NCBI GenBank assembly: GCA_963600815.1
Contig: CAVCCX010000002.1
Location: forward strand, 16,033 to 80,032
Reading direction: 5' to 3'
Origin: Bacteroides uniformis
GTDB taxonomy: Bacteria > Bacillota_I > Bacilli_A > RFN20 > CAG-288
DNA length: 64,000 bases
Part shown: one piece after another, positions 38,017-47,280 of the stretch
Numbering within the stretch: position 1 is the stretch's first letter
Layout: the number at the start of each line of letters is the position of its first letter
The notes under the pieces: model-generated
The model's database searches: none
What the model saw: the letters and a program-made list of their open reading frames with translations, nothing else
Told to the model about the DNA's origin: nothing
Position numbers and translations under genes: made by a program

Positions 38017-39951
38017 CTAGATTCTGGCTTCCGGAATCTTTCCTTCCTGATAGGCCTGGATAAGTTCCTTTAAGTCCTGTATCTGAAGAGAAAGAAGTTT
38101 TCCCTTATCGGTATTTTTGACGAAGATACGATCCTTGAATTTCTCGACGATCTTCACCTTCGACAAGTTCGTCTTCCCCTTGATGAAGTTCTTATGCTGT
38201 GCCAAGGCGATATGATGGGAATTGATGATCAGGGTATAGCCTGCGATTCCGGTTTTCGAATGGAAGGACTTTGCCAATCCGCCATCGATCTTGAAGAGTC
38301 TTCCATCCGCCTTAATCGGGGATTCGCCCTTGTTGACCAAGACCGGGACATGTCCGTTGATGATATGTCCGTGCTCGACATCGGCAGAGAATTCCTTGAG
38401 GATCATCTCGACACATTCCTTTTTCTTTGACCATTCATAGTAGGGGTTGTAGTCTTCATGATACAAAGAGGCATCATCAAGGAAGGTTCTTTCGAAGGTC
38501 GTGATCTGGTCTTTTCCGAAAAGCGGGGATTTTGGTCCACACCACATATACCAGAGGAAATCTGTCTCATATTCTTTCTTTGGATCATCCATCGGAAGCT
38601 TGCAGGCATGACGGATTCTTCTTTCACAGTAGTCGAGGTAATTCTTTCCAGAGAGGAATCCTTCCTCGGTTTCGACTTCAAAGAAGGAGCCATCTTCCTT
38701 CATGGGAATACATGCGTGATAGAGAAGGTTTCCATTGTAGATGGTATAGATTTTTCCTTTCTTGAGAAGGAAATCGATATGCTTCTTCAGCTTCTCGGAA
38801 TGAGTGAAGCTATACTGAAGCGTCTTCATCAGGTTCTCTTCTTCCTTGTTGAGCTTCCGGATATCGTCCTTATCGAAGGTCGGAAGATTCTGATCAAGAA
38901 GGGAGAAGGTCTTGTCCCCTAAGCGAATCGTCTTCTTTTCGACATCCAAGCCATCCAGAAGAAGTCTTGTTCCCAAATGAAATTCCGGATGTCTTTTGAT
39001 GAGCTGACCTTCCAACTTGAACATGATGATGGTGATGACCTTGCACATCTTGGCAGCCAGATCCGGAGAGACGGAATCGGAGACATTGCTATCAAGAAGA
39101 TGCGGGCGGAACCTCGTGCAGAGATCATCCTTGTAGAGTTCCTCGGCATACATAGACAAGGGACGGAGATTGATGCCATAGCCCGATTCAAGGACGTCAA
39201 AGGAATTGTACAGGGTGGCGATATGAAGGACATTGGCAATGCAGGTCCAGTTTCCCTGAGAGGCGCCGATCCAGGTCGCATCATGGTTTCCCCATTGGAT
39301 ATCGATTTCCGGATACGTCATCAATTCATCCATGATCTTATCGGCTCTTGGACCACGGTCGAAGATATCCCCAACGATATGGAGATGATCGACACAAAGC
39401 GCCTGTATCAGTTTGGCCAGAGCCTGGATATATTCCTTTGCGAAGCCAAGCGAAATGATGGAATTCAGAATCGCCTCATGATACGTCTGCGTATTGAGGT
39501 CATCCGAATTGGAATTGAGAAGTTCATCCATGGTGTAGTCAAAGGGCTTTGGCATTCTTTTACGGACTTTGCTTCTCGTGAATTTGCTCGAGACGAGCCT
39601 GGCAACCCGGATGAGGTTCTCCATGGTGTTCTTCTGTTCATCCGTACTCGGAGACCCTGCGAAGAAAAGATTGACCTTCTCTTCTGGATAATAGATCATA
39701 TCCGCAAGTTTTTCATATTCGATGGATGTCAAGGATGTGCCTAAAGCTTTCTTCATCTTCATCATGACCACACCCGAACAGGATCGCATCAGGTAGGAGA
39801 AAGATTCATATTCGCCATGGACATCACTGAGAAAGAATTCCGTTCCTTTCGGCAACTCCATAATGGCGGAAAGGTTGATGATTTCCGTCGCTGCGGATTT
39901 TAGATTCGGAAACGTCTTCGACAGCAATTTCAAATAATCGAGATCTCTCAT
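38017..39951 (-). CDS. fbp: Fructose-1,6-bisphosphatase class 3
   Basis: 644 aa. N-terminus LDYLKLLSKTFPN......IINL and metallophosphoesterase blocks FFLSDVHGEYE, IVGDIFDRGP and WGNHD, typical of Firmicutes Fbp (YydE). Confidence 0.93.
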   Translation of the reverse strand: MRDLDYLKLLSKTFPNLKSAATEIINLSAIMELPKGTEFFLSDVHGEYESFSYLMRSCSGVVMMKMKKALGTSLTSIEYEKLADMIYYPEEKVNLFFAGSPSTDEQKNTMENLIRVARLVSSKFTRSKVRKRMPKPFDYTMDELLNSNSDDLNTQTYHEAILNSIISLGFAKEYIQALAKLIQALCVDHLHIVGDIFDRGPRADKIMDELMTYPEIDIQWGNHDATWIGASQGNWTCIANVLHIATLYNSFDVLESGYGINLRPLSMYAEELYKDDLCTRFRPHLLDSNVSDSVSPDLAAKMCKVITIIMFKLEGQLIKRHPEFHLGTRLLLDGLDVEKKTIRLGDKTFSLLDQNLPTFDKDDIRKLNKEEENLMKTLQYSFTHSEKLKKHIDFLLKKGKIYTIYNGNLLYHACIPMKEDGSFFEVETEEGFLSGKNYLDYCERRIRHACKLPMDDPKKEYETDFLWYMWCGPKSPLFGKDQITTFERTFLDDASLYHEDYNPYYEWSKKKECVEMILKEFSADVEHGHIINGHVPVLVNKGESPIKADGRLFKIDGGLAKSFHSKTGIAGYTLIINSHHIALAQHKNFIKGKTNLSKVKIVEKFKDRIFVKNTDKGKLLSLQIQDLKELIQAYQEGKIPEARI

Positions 39952-40049
39952 GGTAGTATTTCCTTTTCTTGATTATAAATCATTCCTCCTCTTTTTCCTT
40001 TGAAAACTTCATCTTATCTACCAAAATAAAATGAAATCGATGCATTTTC

Positions 40050-40079
40050 TTTACATTTCGCTTTCTTCTATCCTATAAT
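40050..40079 (+). promoter_or_regulatory. Sigma-A promoter TTTACA-18-TATAAT immediately upstream of the phosphatase gene
   Basis: -35 at 40050-40055 and -10 at 40074-40079. The ATG is at 40088 with no SD. Confidence 0.5.
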
Positions 40080-40087
40080 CACTGCCT

Positions 40088-40927
40088 ATGAACAATAGAG
40101 AACTCGGAAAAAGAATACCTCTTGAAGGAACTAAGAACACCAGGGATTTAGGTGGCTATCCGACAAAGGATGGCAGAACAATCGCCTATAAAAGACTCAT
40201 CCGCTCAGATTGCCTAGCCAATATCACAAAGAAGGATGAAGATATTCTTCTTCATGATCTTCATGTCCTTTATGAAGTCGATATGCGTGGAAAGCATGAG
40301 ATTCTGACAAGGCCTAATGTAAAACTCGAGAATGTCACTTTCCTTCATCTTCCCATCCAGGAAGAAGAAAAAAGAGAAGAAGACTACAATCCACATACGA
40401 ACATCCTGGTCGAAGACAAAGCACTTCAGCATACTATCGACTACCTCTTCCGGATGGACTTCAAAGGCGATATCACCATCGCATTCGAAAAGGTCTATCG
40501 GAATATGCTCCGTCCTTTTGGAAAAAGCGCCTATGAGAAATTTATCCGTCTCTGCATAAAGAACAAGGAAGGAGCTATCCTCTTCCATTGTGCGGATGGA
40601 AAAGACCGCTCTGGATTGGCCGCTGCCATCCTTCTTCTCTCTCTTGGTGTCGAGAAGGAAATTGTCATCCAGGATTATCTGAAGACAAATGAAAACACCA
40701 TCGACAAGGCTCGAAAACGAGAAGAATACCTCCGCAATGTCGCCCATATTCAAGATGAAACCATCATCAACTCCATTAAGGCAGTGGCTGGTGTAAGAAG
40801 AAACTGGATTGAGGCTGCCTTTGATGAAATGGAAAAACAAGCTGGCACCATCGACAATTTCATCAATCAGGAACTCCATCTCTCAGAGGAAGACTTAGAA
40901 GAACTGAGAAATAACTATCTCATCTGA
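40088..40927 (+). CDS. Tyrosine-protein phosphatase family protein (Y_phosphatase3-like)
   Basis: NTRDLGGY N-terminal block and CX5R P-loop HCADGKDRSG. Confidence 0.85.
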   Translation: MNNRELGKRIPLEGTKNTRDLGGYPTKDGRTIAYKRLIRSDCLANITKKDEDILLHDLHVLYEVDMRGKHEILTRPNVKLENVTFLHLPIQEEEKREEDYNPHTNILVEDKALQHTIDYLFRMDFKGDITIAFEKVYRNMLRPFGKSAYEKFIRLCIKNKEGAILFHCADGKDRSGLAAAILLLSLGVEKEIVIQDYLKTNENTIDKARKREEYLRNVAHIQDETIINSIKAVAGVRRNWIEAAFDEMEKQAGTIDNFINQELHLSEEDLEELRNNYLI

Positions 40928-40932
40928 CCAAC

Positions 40933-40971
40933 GAAAAAGAGGACTGCCATCAGGCTAATCCTCTTCTTTTT
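40933..40971. terminator. Putative bidirectional terminator between convergent genes
   Basis: aagagga/tcctctt stem flanked by A- and T-runs. It overlaps the stop of the minus-strand CNNM gene. Confidence 0.5.
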
Positions 40972-42265
40972 CGATTCTCTTGACTAAGATACGATTCACA
41001 GCGCCGTTTTCATCGACGGCGATGACTTTGATATGCGTATTCTCAAAATCGACTTCATTGCCGATTTTGGCAAAATGATCATCCAACAGCTCGATGATGA
41101 ATCCACCGATGGTCACATAGTCGGTGTTGATCTCATCAAACGGAATATCGAAGAGATCACAGAAATCTTCCAGAGTGACGTTTCCATCGATGATGTAGGT
41201 TCCATCTTTTCTTTCGACAATCGGTTCCTGGGTTCTGTCATTCTCATCCCAGATTTCGCCGACAATCTCTTCTAAGATATCTTCCATGGTGATGATGCCA
41301 TCAAGGCCACCATATTCATCGATAACGAGAGCAAGCTGTTTTTTCGTCTTCTTGAATTCACGAAGAATATCATTGATTTCCGCAGTATCCGGGAAGCGCA
41401 TCGGCTCAAGAAGGATATCACGGATAGAAAATTCCTTATGGGAAAGATATTCCTTCATCAATGTCTTCGTCTGGATATAGCCAATGACATTGTCGATTGT
41501 CGATTCATAGACGATGACTCTTCCATGGCGATAGAGTTCCGCATCATGGATGATATCTTCCATATCATCATCGATATCGATCGCATAGACATCGACTCGC
41601 GGCGTCATGATTTCATTGGCCTGGGTTCTGGTGTATTTGATGGTTTCATGAAGCATATCGGCTTTTTCTTCATCGACCTGACCATGTTCCTGAATATCAT
41701 CGACCATCTCATGAAGTTCTTCTTCTGCCACCGGTTCATCCGAGACATTGTTGGCAAAGATCTTCGAGACACCTTTTCCGAATAAGGAGACCGGATAGGT
41801 GATGGGGAAGAAAAGATAAATCAGGAAAGAGATGATATTGGCATAGGCCTTCGACAGTTTGAGATTGTTGATCTTCGAAATCGACTTCGGAACAATTTCA
41901 CCAAAGCAGATTTTCAGAACCAGGACAATCAAGGAAGCCACAAAGCCCCATGTCTCACTATAGGGAGAAGTATCTCCCAAAATCAGAAAGCAGAGATTGA
42001 CACCTAAGAGGGTCGAAACAGAATCCAGACCGGCATTGACGATATCATTCCCAAAGAGAATCGTCGCAATGCTCGTATCATAGTTGGTGGCCAGTTTCTT
42101 GGCACGGACAACCTTCTTCTTATCACTGGAAGTCTTTTCCAGTTCATCGAGACGATGAATCGAGACACTTCCATAGGCCATATCGGCACTCGAGAAGAAG
42201 AAGGAAAGGCAAAGGAAGCAGAACAAAGCAATGGAATAGACGATGATTTTCACAATATTATTCAT
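40955..42265 (-). CDS. CNNM/HlyC/CorC-family transporter (DUF21-CBS pair-CorC_HlyC)
   Basis: 436 aa. N-terminal four-TM DUF21 (EIVPKSI), a CBS pair, and a C-terminal transporter-associated domain. Confidence 0.85.
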   Translation of the reverse strand: MNNIVKIIVYSIALFCFLCLSFFFSSADMAYGSVSIHRLDELEKTSSDKKKVVRAKKLATNYDTSIATILFGNDIVNAGLDSVSTLLGVNLCFLILGDTSPYSETWGFVASLIVLVLKICFGEIVPKSISKINNLKLSKAYANIISFLIYLFFPITYPVSLFGKGVSKIFANNVSDEPVAEEELHEMVDDIQEHGQVDEEKADMLHETIKYTRTQANEIMTPRVDVYAIDIDDDMEDIIHDAELYRHGRVIVYESTIDNVIGYIQTKTLMKEYLSHKEFSIRDILLEPMRFPDTAEINDILREFKKTKKQLALVIDEYGGLDGIITMEDILEEIVGEIWDENDRTQEPIVERKDGTYIIDGNVTLEDFCDLFDIPFDEINTDYVTIGGFIIELLDDHFAKIGNEVDFENTHIKVIAVDENGAVNRILVKRIEKEED

Positions 42266-43391
42266 GTTGCTTCACCTCGTCTTTCGGATTCATGCTCGGA
42301 TTCTCGGAAATATCATTGACGACTTCCTCAAGGATATCCTCCATCGTCAATATACCAATCGCCTTTTCTTCCTTCATGACGATGCCAAGATGCACTTTCT
42401 CGCTGTTGAGCTCATCAAAGGCATCATCTAGACGCATATCAAAAGGAATCTCCACGATTCTTTCAAGAATGGAGGGAATGCTCAGATGCGGATCCTTGAT
42501 ATATTCCTCAAAATAGACACGGGTGACAAGGACACCAACGAATTCCTTCTTTTCTGTATCATAGACTGGGATTCGGCTATAGGTCGTCGACTGGATTGTT
42601 TCATTTACCTTATCAGCGGTCAAGTCATCCACTGTGAGATAGAATGTCTTCTCAAGAGGAACATAGACCTGGCTCACCTTCATGTCATCGAAGGTGAGAA
42701 CATGCTTGAGAATCTCTTTTTCATCCTTCTCGAAGAGTTTTTCCATGTCTTCATCATTGTCTTCATCCTCGATGATATTATCTTCCTCATTGATAGCCTT
42801 ATCGGCCTCATAGAGAAGATCTTCCTTGCTAAGAAGATTTTCATCCTCAAGATGAAGCATCCTGTGGATCAGAGAGAGAAGTCTTTTGAAGGCAAAGACG
42901 ATCGGAAAGAGAAGAATCTGAAGCGTATATAGAGGATAGGCCATCAATACAGCGATCTTATCCGGTATGGCTCTCGAAATCACCTTGGGCAAGGTATCGG
43001 CGACCACATAGAAAAGAAAACCCATGACGACGGTGGAGAAGATGGCTTCCATGCCATCGGCCCAGCCATTGATCGTCGCGATATTTAACCAGAGCATCGC
43101 CGAGATGAAAGACATCAACGTCGAAAGGGTATTCGAAGTCACCAAAATAACAACCAAGGAGTTGTCGAATCGATCGACAAGACTCGTGATGATCTTGGCA
43201 TATCTTTTTCCTTTTTCCGCCTCAGCCCTGAAATGATATTTATTGCATGTCGAATAGGCATTCTCACATGCAGAAAAGCAACCTGTCAAAAGAAGCAATG
43301 CGGCAATGACCAGAAATGCCATCCACATCGGCATTCCCCATACGGTAAACGTATCATTCACTTCCGTCAGTATACAATGAGAACTTATCAC
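42258..43391 (-). CDS. CNNM/CorC-family transporter (DUF21-CBS pair, no CorC C-terminal domain)
   Basis: 377 aa. DUF21-like TM region (DTLPKVISRAI) and a CBS pair. It overlaps the downstream paralog by 8 nt. Start uncertain: GTG 43391, or the internal ATG at 43334. Confidence 0.8.
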   Translation of the reverse strand: MISSHCILTEVNDTFTVWGMPMWMAFLVIAALLLLTGCFSACENAYSTCNKYHFRAEAEKGKRYAKIITSLVDRFDNSLVVILVTSNTLSTLMSFISAMLWLNIATINGWADGMEAIFSTVVMGFLFYVVADTLPKVISRAIPDKIAVLMAYPLYTLQILLFPIVFAFKRLLSLIHRMLHLEDENLLSKEDLLYEADKAINEEDNIIEDEDNDEDMEKLFEKDEKEILKHVLTFDDMKVSQVYVPLEKTFYLTVDDLTADKVNETIQSTTYSRIPVYDTEKKEFVGVLVTRVYFEEYIKDPHLSIPSILERIVEIPFDMRLDDAFDELNSEKVHLGIVMKEEKAIGILTMEDILEEVVNDISENPSMNPKDEVKQHE

Positions 43392-43417
43392 AATTGCTAA
43401 AATTACCTCAGTAAATT

Positions 43418-43428
43418 ATTATACATTA
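43418..43428 (-). promoter_or_regulatory. Extended -10 (TAATGTATAAT) upstream of the CNNM genes; left copy of the 11-bp direct repeat
   Basis: The minus strand reads taaTGTATAAT about 27 nt upstream of GTG 43391. No recognisable -35 lies upstream. Confidence 0.45.
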
Positions 43429-43736
43429 TTTCTCGATGATTTTATATAGGGAGAGAGGAAGTACACTTGAATGCTCAAATGAAATAATAACGAAATATCA
43501 TAAGCGGATAAATTTTAAAACAAATATAAAAGAAGTAAACCTAAAACTGTGAATATTTTTCGAGTACTCCCTTGACATATGGGATGTATTTCTTTTTTTA
43601 ACTTCCTTCTTTTCCTATCCTCAAGTCCAGTCGTGTTGGCTGAGACAAGGCGTTCATCGATATCTATATACTAGATACAGGTGGTAACATAGAAGGTTTC
43701 TTCCTAGAAATATATTGTTCATAGACTCATGATTTT

Positions 43737-43780
43737 CCGGCCGCAGCCAGGGCTATCGCCTCAATTCTGGCTGCGGCGGG
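43737..43780 (-). terminator. GC-rich hairpin 6 nt after the stop of the 1154-aa gene (no U-tract)
   Basis: ccgcagccag/ctggctgcgg 10-bp perfect stem, extendable to 11 bp plus 2 more after a mismatch, with a 16-nt loop. Confidence 0.4.
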
Positions 43781-43785
43781 ATTCC

Positions 43786-46700
43786 TCATATCTTGATTGT
43801 GATAGCGGGGCGGACGCCATTGCTCGAATTGTAGACGCGGCTGCCGTTCAGGTCGCCACCATTGTACACATCCAACGCGTCTGTGGGGAAGAAGCTGTGC
43901 GGGGAACGGGTCCAATAAAGGCCATTGCCGTTATATGATGAACTGGAATCGGTATTGTAATATGCTCCGCTTGCCTTTGCATAGTCCGTTGGCTTGCAGC
44001 ATCTTGATTCGTCGTCAGGAAAATACGACGTATTCGTATAATCTTTATAGCTAAGAAGATAGACCTTATCATTCGTATTCTCACAGGCATAGGAGTTGGT
44101 GCTCGAATTCGTTGTCGATGCACTGTTGTCGACTTCCACTGTCTGGCTATAGGATGAATCAAGGGAGAATGCCGAATTATAGAAATCAGAGTTCAGCCAG
44201 GAACGGATATAGCTGTATTTGTAATTGTTGAGATATACAGTCTTTCCATCTATTGTTCGATCAGAAAACGATAAATAATAATATTGATTTGCATCCAATA
44301 AGACTGTCGAGACAAGGGAATAGGTTCCATTGTCAGAAGAAAGCACTTTCCATTCGATTGGCTCACACTTGAACCAATAGGCAGTTCCATTTACGATTTT
44401 CGTTCCATCGCTGAAAGTATAGGAAGTAGAATAAGGTGAAGCCTTCTTCTTGGCATAATAGGCCCCATCATAGAGATACCAGCCATTGGATTCTGCTGTA
44501 GTAAGAGTATTGAGTGTTGAAATTAGAGATGCATCAGAAACATGAGTCTGAGGATATAAACCATAAGTCAAAGTGTTTGTTTCCGATAAATAATTCGGCA
44601 TTTTACCAATCGATTTATCATCTGCCTCTTTTTCTGCGGCAGTCCAAAAACACGCCATTAAAGACTTGTCTCCCGTAGGCATTGTAAATGTATACGTTTC
44701 ATCACGACTTAACAATTGGTTTCCTTCATACCATCCCTTAAAAGTGTAATTGGAATTGGCTGTTGCATTTACAGTTATTTTTTCATTCGTATATCCTTGT
44801 CCCGAAAGAATAAAAACACTTCCTTTTGTCATATTCTCACTTATCACAGTCAATTTATTTAGAATTGCTGACCATTTTCCTCGAAGAGAAAGACTCACCG
44901 AATAGCTTTTGGAATCTAGCGAATACTCTAATAATAACCATTTAAAAGTAAAGCCCGTTTTTTGGCTAGGTTCATTAAGATACTGATTCGCTTTTTTCTT
45001 AATTGTCGTCCGATAATTTCCATCATAATTGACATCGACTATGCCACCGATATTGTAAATATAATCTATTCCTGTTTCAATATCAGAACTTTCGAAAGCC
45101 TTCCCTGCTTCACACATGGCCAAAAGATTCTTATTATCGCCAAAATCACCATTTTTTTGAATTAGCTTGTATGCTTGGTCATACTGCTTGTTATTAAGAT
45201 AATATTGTATATCAGATTGTCTTCCACTTGGAATGAAGACGTTAAAAGTGAGTATCATAAATAGCGTAACTACGCCCACTAATGACAAAGATATGGTTAA
45301 AAATATTTTTTTGCGTTTTAAAAACCACTTTATCTTTTGTGCTTTCTTCAGCTTTTCACATTCAGCGATTTGATTCCTGGAATCCTTATAGGAGATGTTA
45401 TTCATGAAAATACGAATGGCGTCATCATACATTCCACTGTTTTTATAGGAAATGGCTATTCCATATTGTTCTTCACGAATCAAATTTTCGACAATTTCGA
45501 TTTCATTTTTAGAGTCTCTATAATCTTCGATTTTCTTAAACTCGGAAATTGACTGCTGATACATTTTTTTAGATTTATAATCCAGTGCTCTTTGATAGAT
45601 GTTTTCCTTCTTCAACATCTCTGTGCAAAAAGAAATCAGGGAGGAAGAATCCTTATATGCTTTGATGGACTCAAAAAGAGAAATTGCTTTTTTGTAGTTA
45701 TTTTGCGATTTGAGTCGTATAGCATCGTTATAAATCAATTCGTTATTTCGTCTTTGGCAAATATTGATTTGAGAAAAGGAGTCCCTATAGTCCTTGAGCT
45801 GTTTGAAAATGGATATGGCATCCGCATAATATCTAGCGTTTTTTGCATAGAGGCCTTTTTGATAAAGGTCTTCCTTTCCCTGAAGAATCGCGCACTCCTT
45901 CGCTTGTCCGTCCGCATCCTGATATCTATAAATTTTCTGAAATGCATGGCAGGCTTCCTGGTATCTTCTTTCATTCTTCAGATTCATCGCAGAGCCATAA
46001 AGTTGATTCAGCCTTAGCAAAATTTCATCGTTGATTGAATCAAGAAGTTTTTGTAGCTTTGCATCGCCATATTTATAGGCATGACGATAGTTCTCATTTT
46101 GGTCAAGCGGCTCTAAAATTTTTTTTAGTTCATCTTCTCCGCAATGGTATTCAACAAGCAACTCAAGAAAATAAGCTCGACCATTCTTTGCTTCCTTATA
46201 GAGAATCTTATTGAGCAATGGTGTCGCTTCATCATATTTTCCATCATCAATCAAAACCTCTGCTTTGGAAATCATTTCCTCCACTGTCAATTCGATTTTT
46301 TCTTCTTCGTTTCCGAACTTAAGATTCAAGCCATAATGGCGAACACCAATGAGAAGAATTCTTCCAGTCTCTTTAAGAGGCAAGCGATTCTTTTTTGAAA
46401 TCAAAGAAACATATTTGGCAAAGTCGTCAAAGCTAAGATCAAAATTATTGAACTGCTTCTTGTTCTTGAGAACTGACCAAATATCCAAATAGAAAGCAAC
46501 AAAGAGGTCATACATCTTCTTCTTTTCTGGCTTTTGTAGAACGAGACCAACCCTTGCAATGAGTGTCGAATAGGCTTTCTTCTTGCTCTTGTTCATCATA
46601 TTCGATGCAGGAATTTTTTTGGCTTCTTCCATTTTCTTTGCTTTTGCCAGAGTGATTTCATTCTCAGAGGCGGAATAAGGAACACCCAAAAATTCGTAGA

Positions 46701-47250
46701 GGTTTCCACAATTCAGGATTCGATATTCATCATCCAATCCATCAAAAGAAGCAAATTCATCATCCTTCGGCATCAGTTTATCTAATGCATCATCCTTTAA
46801 GACCCAGAAGCCTTTCTGTTCTGCTTCTTTGACAAGTTCATCAAATGAAAAGATATTCTCATTCTGGATACGATTTTCAGATGATTCCACGATATTTTGG
46901 ATCATCGATGGAAGAACGACTTTCGGAGATTTCGATGCACCGAATAAAAATTCCAAAGCTTTTCGAATCGACAGAGTCTTTAAAGATATGCGTTCGATGT
47001 TTCGTCCGCCTTTATTTCGATTATATTTGTTTTTGCTTTTATCATAGACAGCATCGTAAACCATGATTTCTTCTGCATCATTCTTTAAGTCTTGGGCCAG
47101 ACGTGGATTCTTCGGATTGGTCTCACTGGCTTTTTTCTTGATGATGGTATCGATATTCTGCACATTCTTCTCGGAAGGCTTGATTCGATAATAGCGGAAA
47201 TAATTGTATTCCACATCACTCAATTCAACTGATGTTCTTTGCTCTGACAT
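43786..47250 (-). CDS. Large single-pass membrane protein: cytoplasmic N-domain with J-like segment and 44-aa YKDS repeats, TM helix, InlB-B-repeat-like and DUF6273-like ectodomains
   Basis: 1154-aa uninterrupted ORF with SD gaggag 10 nt upstream. NLYEFLGVPYSASENEI (aa 183-199) is J-domain-like but has no HPD. Repeats span aa about 417-635. TM is IFLTISLSLVGVVTLFMILTFNVF (aa about 649-672). NYTFKGWY...LMACF is B-repeat-like (aa about 800-868). IEWKVL...IRSWLN..F...VYLLS...YWTRSP...GVRPAITI is DUF6273-like (aa about 893-1154). Confidence 0.8.
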   Translation of the reverse strand: MSEQRTSVELSDVEYNYFRYYRIKPSEKNVQNIDTIIKKKASETNPKNPRLAQDLKNDAEEIMVYDAVYDKSKNKYNRNKGGRNIERISLKTLSIRKALEFLFGASKSPKVVLPSMIQNIVESSENRIQNENIFSFDELVKEAEQKGFWVLKDDALDKLMPKDDEFASFDGLDDEYRILNCGNLYEFLGVPYSASENEITLAKAKKMEEAKKIPASNMMNKSKKKAYSTLIARVGLVLQKPEKKKMYDLFVAFYLDIWSVLKNKKQFNNFDLSFDDFAKYVSLISKKNRLPLKETGRILLIGVRHYGLNLKFGNEEEKIELTVEEMISKAEVLIDDGKYDEATPLLNKILYKEAKNGRAYFLELLVEYHCGEDELKKILEPLDQNENYRHAYKYGDAKLQKLLDSINDEILLRLNQLYGSAMNLKNERRYQEACHAFQKIYRYQDADGQAKECAILQGKEDLYQKGLYAKNARYYADAISIFKQLKDYRDSFSQINICQRRNNELIYNDAIRLKSQNNYKKAISLFESIKAYKDSSSLISFCTEMLKKENIYQRALDYKSKKMYQQSISEFKKIEDYRDSKNEIEIVENLIREEQYGIAISYKNSGMYDDAIRIFMNNISYKDSRNQIAECEKLKKAQKIKWFLKRKKIFLTISLSLVGVVTLFMILTFNVFIPSGRQSDIQYYLNNKQYDQAYKLIQKNGDFGDNKNLLAMCEAGKAFESSDIETGIDYIYNIGGIVDVNYDGNYRTTIKKKANQYLNEPSQKTGFTFKWLLLEYSLDSKSYSVSLSLRGKWSAILNKLTVISENMTKGSVFILSGQGYTNEKITVNATANSNYTFKGWYEGNQLLSRDETYTFTMPTGDKSLMACFWTAAEKEADDKSIGKMPNYLSETNTLTYGLYPQTHVSDASLISTLNTLTTAESNGWYLYDGAYYAKKKASPYSTSYTFSDGTKIVNGTAYWFKCEPIEWKVLSSDNGTYSLVSTVLLDANQYYYLSFSDRTIDGKTVYLNNYKYSYIRSWLNSDFYNSAFSLDSSYSQTVEVDNSASTTNSSTNSYACENTNDKVYLLSYKDYTNTSYFPDDESRCCKPTDYAKASGAYYNTDSSSSYNGNGLYWTRSPHSFFPTDALDVYNGGDLNGSRVYNSSNGVRPAITIKI
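45346..46002 (-). repeat. Coding tandem repeats: five units of a 44-aa motif (Y..A...F..I..YKDS....I..C)
   Basis: Units begin near aa 419, 463, 507, 551 and 595. The last four are exactly 44 aa apart. Examples: YYADAISIFKQLKDYRDS, YKKAISLFESIKAYKDS, YQQSISEFKKIEDYRDS, YDDAIRIFMNNISYKDS. Confidence 0.8.
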
Positions 47251-47280
47251 GCCTTAATCACTCCTCTAGATGTTCCAAAC

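Noticed and set aside
43727-43938. Short GC-rich ORFs on both strands (43727-43915 minus, 43729-43938 plus)
   Set aside because: They overlap the 3' end of the 1154-aa ORF and the GC-rich hairpin. They are open only because of local GC richness.
46606-46704. Calling the NLYEFLGVPYSASENEI segment a DnaJ/J domain
   Set aside because: No HPD tripeptide follows and the similarity covers only the first helices. It is described as J-like only.
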